64,000 nucleotides of DNA, taken from Patescibacteria group bacterium. Its GTDB lineage: Bacteria; Patescibacteriota; Minisyncoccia; UBA6257; GWB1-50-10. The stretch lies in assembly GCA_024239035.1 (NCBI GenBank), contig JANBVK010000001.1:107010-171009 (forward strand). Reading direction: 5' to 3'. How positions within the stretch are numbered: the stretch's first letter is position 1; each line of letters starts with the position of its first letter. Both the position numbers and the translations under genes were made by a program. The notes below the pieces were generated by a model. The model saw only the letters and a program-made list of their open reading frames with translations. It had not been told where the DNA came from and did not search any database. This document shows positions 9,161-17,170 of the stretch, one piece after another.

Positions 9161-9625
9161 CTAACCGCTGGTCAAGGCAACCTGATTTTCTGCTTCGATA
9201 CGCTTCGCAACGCTTTTAACGAAAGCCCTGCGCTTCTTTTCATCACCGTGACTATCACCGAGCCTCAACTGGGCAACCTCTTCGCTCCACTGACGAGCCA
9301 CCTCATCCCCTCCAAGTTGGCGCTCAAGGCGTCCCAAGGGAACCAGGACTTTGTCAACAAGAAGATGAGAGAGACTGATGATCGTCATCGTGGAAAGACG
9401 TTCCGGGTCAATCCCAGAAATCAGATCGTAAAACTGGCTTCCAAAACTTCCGTTCTGGAGACACATAAGGCGGTCCACTCCGTTTGCACGTGCCGTTTGT
9501 CGAACCCGTTCGGGTGTCAGAGCAGAGATGACTTCACCCAAATCGCGAATTCCTTGCCTGATCGTCCCGAGTTTCGGAAACTGCTCCTTCTGCGATCCGC
9601 CTTTTCCAGCCCTTTCGTTTGTCAT
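9161..9625 (-). CDS. Hypothetical helical protein
   Basis: 154-aa ORF with GAGGGG upstream of ATG and a downstream terminator. No motif recognised. Confidence 0.55.
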   Translation of the reverse strand: MTNERAGKGGSQKEQFPKLGTIRQGIRDLGEVISALTPERVRQTARANGVDRLMCLQNGSFGSQFYDLISGIDPERLSTMTIISLSHLLVDKVLVPLGRLERQLGGDEVARQWSEEVAQLRLGDSHGDEKKRRAFVKSVAKRIEAENQVALTSG

Positions 9626-9783
9626 AACCCCTCGCTGTGGTGGTTAGGTAAAAGGGTATATACAACGTACCACATTCAGCTTAACTTATAGTAATTAAGC
9701 CGTCAACAAAGCCGTATAGAGACAAAACCGGAATGTGGTAAAATAAAGATTAAAGGTCGCAGTATAATTATCTTTATTTAAAC

Positions 9784-10065
9784 ATGGCAAACACGGTAAT
9801 AAAAAAAGACGGAACTAAGAAGCCTTTTGATAGTGAGAAAATCAGAAAATCAATCGAGTCTGCCGCCGAAGAAGCGGGTCTGGAAAAAGAAAGAATTAGC
9901 GAAATCGTAAACCAGGTTGCAAATGAAACAATGCAATTGGCGGAAGGAAAAGAAGAAATTGCCACCAGCGAGCTTAAAGAAAAAATCCTAAGCACCCTTG
10001 ATACGGTTGAGCCGTCAGTCTCGGCGGCGTGGCGGGAATATGACAGCAAACGCAAAGCCCAGTAA
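9784..10065 (+). CDS. Stand-alone ATP-cone domain protein
   Basis: VIKKDGTKKPFDSEKIRKSI...IATSELKE ATP-cone signature in 93 aa. Confidence 0.85.
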   Translation: MANTVIKKDGTKKPFDSEKIRKSIESAAEEAGLEKERISEIVNQVANETMQLAEGKEEIATSELKEKILSTLDTVEPSVSAAWREYDSKRKAQ

Positions 10066-10094
10066 GACTCTTAGTAAATTAGCGGAATATCCAC

Positions 10095-10135
10095 ATCAGA
10101 ACCTCCGACAAGGCGTCGGAGGTTCTGATTTCTTA
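10095..10135 (+). terminator. Intrinsic terminator
   Basis: ATCAGAACCTCCGAC-AAGGC-GTCGGAGGTTCTGAT 15-bp stem followed by TTCTT. Confidence 0.75.
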
Positions 10136-10180
10136 CTAAAACCTCTTATATTTCACGAACAATAGTGTTAAAATTAAAGG

Positions 10181-10708
10181 ATGAACTTTAAAAACCCATC
10201 TTTTAATATTCTAATTATCGTAACACTCCTGTTACTTAGCGTCTCAGTCTCTAATGCCCATATAAGCATTGGTGAATACGCCGGAACTCACGCCGTATCA
10301 TTTGACCCCGAGCCGCGCTCACCATTTGTCGGAGAAACGGTGGATATGGATTTCTACCTGCGCGATTTGAGCGGTAACTTTGCAAACGAGCCCTTCTTGA
10401 TAACGGTAAACGTTCAAAAAGTCCTGCCTGATGATTCTGAGATTACAATCTTTACCACCGAACCAGAGATTATAATAGACGGCAACTATAAAACGAATTA
10501 CAAATTTACCGAACCGGGACACTATCGCTTGGAATTTAATTTTCAAAGACCGAGCGAACCAGACATTAGTCGCGAAGGTATTTTTGATATTGAAGTACGC
10601 GATACGACTGGCGGAACCTCTACCACAACTATTCTTATTCTCTTGGTTCTCACTGCTATCCTTGCATTTACTGCCAGTTCTATCTTTACCAAACGCAGGA
10701 CATCCTAA
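10181..10708 (+). CDS. Exported Ig-like (YtkA/FixH-like) protein with C-terminal TM
   Basis: Signal peptide ending SNA-H, GNYKTNYKFTEPGHYRLEF Ig-like strand, C-terminal TM plus KRR. Confidence 0.6.
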   Translation: MNFKNPSFNILIIVTLLLLSVSVSNAHISIGEYAGTHAVSFDPEPRSPFVGETVDMDFYLRDLSGNFANEPFLITVNVQKVLPDDSEITIFTTEPEIIIDGNYKTNYKFTEPGHYRLEFNFQRPSEPDISREGIFDIEVRDTTGGTSTTTILILLVLTAILAFTASSIFTKRRTS

Positions 10709-10740
10709 CCCTGAAAACTTACCCGTCAACGGGTTCACTT

Positions 10741-13227
10741 ATGACAGAATCGCACGGAAAAATCAGATGTGTAATAACAAAATTTACGCTTGTTATTGGC
10801 GCTACCGTAGCTTTTTGGTTTCTGGGGATAAATTCAGTTTCCGCCGCCAACGTAAGTGTGGTATTACCAAACGGCGGAGAATGCTTAACCGTCGGCACAA
10901 AATTTACCATAGAGATAGCCTCCGATGCTAATCATGTTGCTCTCTATTATCGGGCTGATGGCGCCCAACCAGCTCATCTTGACTCGTCTTTAATCAAACA
11001 CCCTCTCCAGCAAACAACTTGGGGCTGGACCCCTTCAACCGATGACATCTCTGAAACCGGACGCATTTGGGTAGAGGGCCACCTTAATAATCACAACTCC
11101 ACCGGTGACTGGGATGATTCTAATGCCGACTTTGCGGTACGAGCAGATTGTTCTGGCGGCAACGGCGGCAACGGCGGCAACGGCGGTGGCGGCAGCGTTA
11201 CCAGCGCCGGCGGCAAACTAGCACATCGTCCAGAGATTGAAATTATCTCTCCTAAGAAAGGGGTTTTCAACGACTCAATCAAAATTGATTACAAAGCCAC
11301 AGATAAAAACGATGAACTCGGACAAGAAAACCTAGGTCTGGGTAGCGCTCCGGTTTCTATTTTTTATTCAAAAAGCACTGACGTAATAAGACTTAAGAAA
11401 CTCATTGCTAAAAACCTGCCAGCCGTTGGTTTATATGATTGGGACATTACCGATATCCCCGACAGAGACGACTATGCAATTATAATTGAGGCCACTGATA
11501 ATTCTAAAGAAGTAGGTCAAGCAATTTCTGAAACCTTTTCAATCGACAGCACTGTACCGGTGGTCAAAGTATATTCTTCGGGAGCCGAGATTTCCTGGCT
11601 TACTAAAAATAAAACATATTCCTTTATTGAATACGGCCCAATAAGCAACGAATACACTTCAAGAACTGATTTTGATACTGAGCTTACTAAAGAATACTAC
11701 GCATTAATTGAAAATCTCACAGCAAGCACGACTTATTACTTTCGCACTATCGCAGGACGGGCTTTTGACAAAGAGATAACAGTATCAGAAGAGTTCAGTT
11801 TCTCTACTCCGCTCTCACCAACGCAGGTAAGCGGTTTATTTGGGGTAGCCGGCGCAAGCACTACTCTCCTCTCGTGGATAAACCCTCCCGACTCGGATTT
11901 CCAAGAAACCGCCATTGTAAGAAGAGGAGATCGCTTTGCTAAAAACCAGGAAGATGGAGAAGTTATTTTCCGAGGCGATGAAACTTATTACCGTGATTCC
12001 ACCCTTACAAATGGCACTACTTACTATTATTCTATCTTCAGCATTAACTCTAATAATAATGTCTCTCTGCCAGTTAATATCACACTTACCCCCAAGGATA
12101 ATTTACTGCCGGCGCCGGCTCCCCCGCCGCCCGAGGATGATAGCACAAGCACTCTATCCAGAGTCCGTGCTCCTTCCTCTGAGCCCGGTGAAAACGCCGT
12201 CACTCTGCGCTGGAGGAATCCGGAAAGTGAAAATTTTCTCGGCATTCAAATCATCCGAAATGAAGATTCATTACCAGCAAACGCTTTTGACGGCAAGGTA
12301 ATTTTTCGGGGGCGGACTGAGATTTTCAAAGACTCGGGACTAATGGCTGATAAAAGATATTTCTACGGCATTTTTGTTTTTGGATGGACGAGCAATTTCT
12401 CGTCCGCCGCGTTAACTGCCAGCGTGACTCAGCCGCTCACCCAAACCCCCGAACCATTAACTTCCTCAACGTCCCTCCAAGAATTTGAAGAATTTATTAT
12501 TGAAAACAAGCCAAAAATCATCCAAACAGATATCGCCAAATTACAAAACAAGATTAAGGAACTCTCGTCACTCACCGAAAAAGAGTTAGGAATGATCCTC
12601 TCTGAAATTAAAGAAATACTAAATAAAATTAAGGAAGTTTCTATGTTTGTTGTTCCGGAAAAAATTGAAGAAAAACCGTCCCGCATCACCAAAACGCTTC
12701 AATTTGGCGCGGAAGACGAGGAAGTTAGAACCCTCCAGGAAATACTCAGGGGTTTCCCCGACATTTACCCCGAAGGAATTACAACGGGTTACTTCGGAGA
12801 ACTAACACGAAGGGCAATTCAGCGTCTCCAAACAAGTTTCGGTATCGCATCCTCGGGAGATGAAACAACCAGCGGCTACGGATTGGTCGGTTCGAAAACT
12901 AGAATAGCGCTAAACGCCCTAAAAGAAAGAAAGGTGCAAACCGTAATCATTGAACCTGAAAAATTTAACCCTAAAACTACCATAATACCCGTAGGCGGCA
13001 TAGTCCGTTGGATAAACAACGATACGAATGTTTCCTGGCCGGCCGCAGACATTCACGACACTCACTCCAACTATCCCGAGTCCGGCGGTTGTATCAGCAG
13101 CGCCTTTGATGCTTGTCGGGATTTGCAGAAAGGAGAAGATTACTATTTCATTTTCAATATACCCGGCACGTGGGAATACCACGACCACGTAAAACCTGAC
13201 AGAGTTGGGGAAATTATTGTAAAATAA
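10741..13227 (+). CDS. Large surface protein: Ig/FN3 repeats, peptidoglycan-binding domain, C-terminal cupredoxin-like domain
   Basis: PNGGE, LTASTTYYFR and LSWINP..TYYYSIF FN3-like repeats; LQFG...EVRTLQEIL...TGYFGELTRRAIQRLQ...GLVGSKTR PG-binding; WPAADIHDTH...GTWEYHDH cupredoxin-like tail. Confidence 0.85.
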   Translation: MTESHGKIRCVITKFTLVIGATVAFWFLGINSVSAANVSVVLPNGGECLTVGTKFTIEIASDANHVALYYRADGAQPAHLDSSLIKHPLQQTTWGWTPSTDDISETGRIWVEGHLNNHNSTGDWDDSNADFAVRADCSGGNGGNGGNGGGGSVTSAGGKLAHRPEIEIISPKKGVFNDSIKIDYKATDKNDELGQENLGLGSAPVSIFYSKSTDVIRLKKLIAKNLPAVGLYDWDITDIPDRDDYAIIIEATDNSKEVGQAISETFSIDSTVPVVKVYSSGAEISWLTKNKTYSFIEYGPISNEYTSRTDFDTELTKEYYALIENLTASTTYYFRTIAGRAFDKEITVSEEFSFSTPLSPTQVSGLFGVAGASTTLLSWINPPDSDFQETAIVRRGDRFAKNQEDGEVIFRGDETYYRDSTLTNGTTYYYSIFSINSNNNVSLPVNITLTPKDNLLPAPAPPPPEDDSTSTLSRVRAPSSEPGENAVTLRWRNPESENFLGIQIIRNEDSLPANAFDGKVIFRGRTEIFKDSGLMADKRYFYGIFVFGWTSNFSSAALTASVTQPLTQTPEPLTSSTSLQEFEEFIIENKPKIIQTDIAKLQNKIKELSSLTEKELGMILSEIKEILNKIKEVSMFVVPEKIEEKPSRITKTLQFGAEDEEVRTLQEILRGFPDIYPEGITTGYFGELTRRAIQRLQTSFGIASSGDETTSGYGLVGSKTRIALNALKERKVQTVIIEPEKFNPKTTIIPVGGIVRWINNDTNVSWPAADIHDTHSNYPESGGCISSAFDACRDLQKGEDYYFIFNIPGTWEYHDHVKPDRVGEIIVK
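11155..11181 (+). repeat. In-frame (GGCGGCAAC)x3 Gly-Gly-Asn linker
   Basis: Exact 9-bp tandem repeat. Confidence 0.8.
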
Positions 13228-13235
13228 AAATAAGA

Positions 13236-13775
13236 ATGAAAAAAATTATAACAATCTCAATTGCTGTTCTAATTCTGGGGTTGGCAGCTTTTTTTATCTT
13301 CTTTTATCCGCAGGGAGAACAGGCCCAAGTAGACCTATCTCAAATCCCTCCTACTCCTGCCGTTACCACCTCTCCCGAACCCATCATCCCATCCCAAGAA
13401 GAACCGATCCCTCAAATCCCAGAGACCGAAGAAGAAACAGAAATATCTCTTCCTGTCCCTTCTCCTCCACCTGCGCCTCCCCGGGAACCGCAAGAGTTTA
13501 TCGTAACTATCTACAGCAACGAGAGGGCAGAACCGGCTAACCCAACCATTCGCGTGGGCGACACGGTAACTTTCATAAACGCTGATAATGAACTCCATTG
13601 GCCAGGCGCTGATCCCCACCCGACCCACAGTTCTCTCCCCCCATTTGATGCCCTGGGCGGTATTTCCAAAGGTCAAAGTTTCTCATACACATTTCGAAAA
13701 ACTGGAAGTTTTGGATATCACGAACACCTTCTCGATGACCCACCCACATTAGGTGTAGTCACTGTTCTACCTTAA
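13236..13775 (+). CDS. Membrane-anchored cupredoxin-like protein
   Basis: TM, Pro-rich stalk, then IRVGDTVTFIN..HWPGADPHPTH..FSYTF.KTGSFGYHEH..GVVTV. Confidence 0.8.
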   Translation: MKKIITISIAVLILGLAAFFIFFYPQGEQAQVDLSQIPPTPAVTTSPEPIIPSQEEPIPQIPETEEETEISLPVPSPPPAPPREPQEFIVTIYSNERAEPANPTIRVGDTVTFINADNELHWPGADPHPTHSSLPPFDALGGISKGQSFSYTFRKTGSFGYHEHLLDDPPTLGVVTVLP

Positions 13776-13790
13776 TCCTTCTCTCAAATA

Positions 13791-15587
13791 ATGAGGTTTA
13801 AAATCAAAAATATAAGTATTTTCTGGCAGTTCGTATTGCTGGGGGTAATTATATTTACCATCATTGGAATTTTCCTCTCCAGTCTCATCGCCCCGGCGCT
13901 TATCCGCCTTACTCTACAACAACGGGAGCTGACCTCGGTAGTTTTTGCTAACCGGTTGGCTGCTGAATTTCTTTTACCAGAAGATTTTGTAAGGCCTGCA
14001 GAAGGAGAAAGCCGGGAACGCTTTGAACTTTTCGCGAACAACCTGCAAATTCCAGGGTTATTTCGAGTCAAAATCTGGAACCCTGAAGGGATTATTGTGT
14101 ATTCAGATATAGAAGAACTTATTGGGAAAAGGTTTCCATTACGCTCCGAACTTCAAAACGCGTTTAATCTGAAAACAGAAGTTAATTTAATAAAATTCGA
14201 TCCAAACGAACCGCAATATTTCTATGAGCTGTCCTTTGGAGAAGGCATAGAGGCCTACGCACCCCTTACCTTTGGTGCTTCCCCCGAAGTGATGGGAGTA
14301 GTAGGAACCTATGCTCGATCCGGATTCTTGCAGGAACAAATTAACGAAATTAAAAATCGTTTTGTACTAAGTATCGGACTATCTTTGGCTTTAATGTTTG
14401 CCGCACTTTCGTTTATCGTCTGGCGGGCTTCACGTACGGTTGACACCCAACGAAAAGAACTCTCAAAATATGCCACCGGCCTTGAAGAAATGGTAAAAGA
14501 AAGAACCGCCGAACTAGAAGAAGAAAGAACCAAACTCTCACAAATCACTCAACATATGAAAACCGGCGTCATTCTCTTAGATAAACAAGGAAAGGTTGTT
14601 TTTGTAAATAGGGAGGTTAAAGCTATGTTGTCGCTTAAAGATAAGGGAGAAGATAAAGCGCTTGAGATGCTCTATGCTAAATTCCCAAAATTAAATCTCA
14701 AAGAACTTATTTTAAAGTGCCTCTCGGGCCAACCCTCCAACATATCTGAAGCTGAGTCGGACGAGAAAATATTTGAAATATTATCTGGCTGCTTGCCTGA
14801 GCCTGGTAAAGGTTTTTTTGGCCACCTTATTTGGATACGAGACATTACTGAAGAAAAAGAACTTGACCGCGCGAAGACCGAATTCGTCGCCATTGCTTCG
14901 CACCAACTTAGAACCCCTCTCTCTACCATCAACTGGTACACGGAAATGCTCCTCAGCGGTGATAGGGGAAAAATAACAAAAGATCAGGAAACTTATTTGA
15001 AAGAAATCTACCACGGTAGCAAAAGAATGGTTGATTTGATTAATTCTCTCCTAAACGTTTCACGGATTGAATTAGGTACTTTTTCTGTTGAGCCAAAGTC
15101 GGTAAAACTTATAGAAATTGCCGACAGTGTAATAGGTGAACTTTTTCCAAAAATTAAAAACAAAAAATTAAAAATAGAAAAGGAGTATGATAAAGACCTG
15201 CCAATTATGAACGCCGATCCAAAACTTATGAGAATGGTCCTTCAAAACTTACTCGCAAACTCGGTTAACTATACTCCTGAAGGAGGGAGAATAAGTTTAA
15301 CAATTAAAAGACAGGGATCCGATGTATTTATCAAGGTTAGAGATACCGGCTATGGCATCCCCAAGGACCAGCAATCAAAAATTTTTGATAAACTATTCCG
15401 AGCCGACAACGTGATAGAAAAACAAACTGATGGCACGGGTTTGGGTCTATATACAGTAAAAGCGGTGGTGGAGCAATCCGGGGGCAAAATTCGGTTTGAA
15501 TCGGAAGAAAACAAAGGTACAACCTTCTACGTTACAATCCCTCTAAGCGGGATGATAAAGAAAGAAGGAGCCAAAAGACTCACTTGA
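13791..15587 (+). CDS. Sensor histidine kinase (2 TM, PAS, HisKA, HATPase)
   Basis: FVAIASHQLRTPLS H-box, NLLANSVNYT, DTGYGIP, GTGLGL and GTTF. Confidence 0.95.
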   Translation: MRFKIKNISIFWQFVLLGVIIFTIIGIFLSSLIAPALIRLTLQQRELTSVVFANRLAAEFLLPEDFVRPAEGESRERFELFANNLQIPGLFRVKIWNPEGIIVYSDIEELIGKRFPLRSELQNAFNLKTEVNLIKFDPNEPQYFYELSFGEGIEAYAPLTFGASPEVMGVVGTYARSGFLQEQINEIKNRFVLSIGLSLALMFAALSFIVWRASRTVDTQRKELSKYATGLEEMVKERTAELEEERTKLSQITQHMKTGVILLDKQGKVVFVNREVKAMLSLKDKGEDKALEMLYAKFPKLNLKELILKCLSGQPSNISEAESDEKIFEILSGCLPEPGKGFFGHLIWIRDITEEKELDRAKTEFVAIASHQLRTPLSTINWYTEMLLSGDRGKITKDQETYLKEIYHGSKRMVDLINSLLNVSRIELGTFSVEPKSVKLIEIADSVIGELFPKIKNKKLKIEKEYDKDLPIMNADPKLMRMVLQNLLANSVNYTPEGGRISLTIKRQGSDVFIKVRDTGYGIPKDQQSKIFDKLFRADNVIEKQTDGTGLGLYTVKAVVEQSGGKIRFESEENKGTTFYVTIPLSGMIKKEGAKRLT

Positions 15588-15635
15588 CCGTTAAACTTCT
15601 AGACTAGTAAAAACTAATTGTTGTATAATTAAACC

Positions 15636-16067
15636 ATGGCAAATCTAGACAAGTCGGCACAAAAAAATAAAACAATTCTAGTTGTAGAGGACGAACGATC
15701 CTTACTTGATGTAGTTAAGGAAAAACTTGAAATTGATGGTTTCAATGTTATAACAGCGCGGTCAGTAGAAGAGGCATTACCTTATTTAGAAGACCCAGAA
15801 AAAATAAGTGTAATCTGGTTAGACCACTACCTTATAGGTAAAGAAAGCGGCTTGGATTTGGTCGCTAGGCTAAAAAGCGGTGATTCAAAATGGAAAAATA
15901 TCCCCATTTTCGTCGTTTCCAATACTGCTAGTAGTAATAATATACGGACATATATAAAATTAGGTGCCTACAAATATTATACTAAAGCTGATTATAGTCT
16001 AAAATCCATTATTAAAGACATTAAAGAATCTATAAAGGAACGGGAACAACAACCAAAACCTAACTGA
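15636..16067 (+). CDS. Single-domain response regulator
   Basis: ILVVEDE, IWLDHYL, IPIFVVSN and YYTKAD. Confidence 0.9.
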   Translation: MANLDKSAQKNKTILVVEDERSLLDVVKEKLEIDGFNVITARSVEEALPYLEDPEKISVIWLDHYLIGKESGLDLVARLKSGDSKWKNIPIFVVSNTASSNNIRTYIKLGAYKYYTKADYSLKSIIKDIKESIKEREQQPKPN

Positions 16068-16079
16068 ATTTCCTAAAGT

Positions 16080-16481
16080 ATGCCCGATAAACCCAAGAAA
16101 ATCCTTATTGTTGAGGACGAAATACCAATGCTAAAGGCATTGGCTGATAAATTTTCCCAGAGTGGATTTGAGACATTTAAAGCAAAAAACGGTGCGGAGG
16201 GTTTAGCTACCGCCCTAAAAGAACACCCTGATTTAATCCTACTTGATCTTATTATGCCAAAAATGGACGGGACGAAAGTGATGGAAAAATTACGGGAAGA
16301 CTCCTGGGGGAAAGACGTTCCAATCATCGTCCTTACTAACCTGAATTTGGAAGAAATGGAAATATTGGAGAAAAGTAAAATACCGGATAAGGTGAAAAAA
16401 GGTAAACCACTTCAGTATTTAGTAAAAACCGATATGAAACTCGAAGACATCTTAGAAAAAGTCAAAAAAGCTCTCGGTTAA
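16080..16481 (+). CDS. Single-domain response regulator
   Basis: ILIVEDE, PDLILLDLIMPKMDG, PIIVLTNL and YLVK. Confidence 0.95.
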   Translation: MPDKPKKILIVEDEIPMLKALADKFSQSGFETFKAKNGAEGLATALKEHPDLILLDLIMPKMDGTKVMEKLREDSWGKDVPIIVLTNLNLEEMEILEKSKIPDKVKKGKPLQYLVKTDMKLEDILEKVKKALG

Positions 16482-16517
16482 AAGAAAACACACCCCAGTC
16501 GGGGTGTGTTTTCTTTT
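16480..16517. terminator. Bidirectional terminator between response regulator and tRNA-Gly
   Basis: AAAAGAAAACACACCCC-AGTC-GGGGTGTGTTTTCTTTT. Confidence 0.85.
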
Positions 16518-16520
16518 GTG

Positions 16521-16591
16521 TGCGGGATACGGGAATCGAACCCGTGTCTCAACCTTGGGAAGGTCGCATTCTACCACTAAACTAATCCCGC
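16521..16591 (-). tRNA. tRNA-Gly (CCC)
   Basis: GCGGGATTAGTTTAGTGGTAGAATGCGACC-TTCCCAA-GGTTGAGACACGGGTTCGATTCCCGTATCCCGCA cloverleaf. CCA not encoded. Confidence 0.97.
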
Positions 16592-16659
16592 CTTCGCCAG
16601 CCATAGCTGGCTTCGGCGGGCAAGCCCGCTGAAGCATGCGACGGCTGGATATATATTAT

Positions 16660-16941
16660 TTATTGTGATGTACTTGTGACGTTCGGAACAATTATTATTA
16701 ACCCCTCCCCCTCTTCACGATAATTAAATTGGGACTTCAGTTCCTTGAGAAGATTCTCCGGATTCTGGAAATATTCTATCCGAGAAGTGAGCGTCCTATT
16801 CTCTTCCTCAAGTGATTTTAAAACTTCACTTAATTCTGCCGCTTCTTTTCCTAATAAATTTTTCTCCTGCACCAGATTATAAACCCCCCACCCCAAGAGA
16901 GCAATAACTATAATTAAAACCAAAACCTTCCATAACGGCAT
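16660..16941 (-). CDS. ftsB: Septum formation initiator FtsB/DivIC-like
   Basis: TM, coiled coil, PENLLKELKSQFNYREEGE tail. Start at MPLWK (16941) has GGAGGTG upstream. Confidence 0.7.
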   Translation of the reverse strand: MPLWKVLVLIIVIALLGWGVYNLVQEKNLLGKEAAELSEVLKSLEEENRTLTSRIEYFQNPENLLKELKSQFNYREEGEGLIIIVPNVTSTSQ

Positions 16942-16985
16942 CACCTCCATTATAACGTCCTTTCGGATTACCATCCAACCAAAAA

Positions 16986-17170
16986 AGTAGTTGATAATCT
17001 TTTCTGTAATATGCCGGAGCGAAGCTATAAATTAACGAATGAAAAACAGAAAAGTAGAAAAACAGCGCTGTTTGAGCGAAACGAGTTCGCTGTTTTTCGT
17101 CAAGCTTTTCTGTTTTGAGGAGTATAATTTATCTGAGTAAAGGCGATTGCAGAGAAGATTATCAACTACT
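16986..17170 (+). repeat. Long-hairpin element family, copy 1 (candidate ncRNA or MITE)
   Basis: 25-nt terminal inverted arms, nested stems and apical TGTTTGAGCGAAACGAGTT. The right end contains the lepA stop codon. Confidence 0.85.

Noticed and set aside
11155-11193. GGCGGCAAC repeat as a contingency locus
   Set aside because: It has only three in-frame units encoding a flexible linker.
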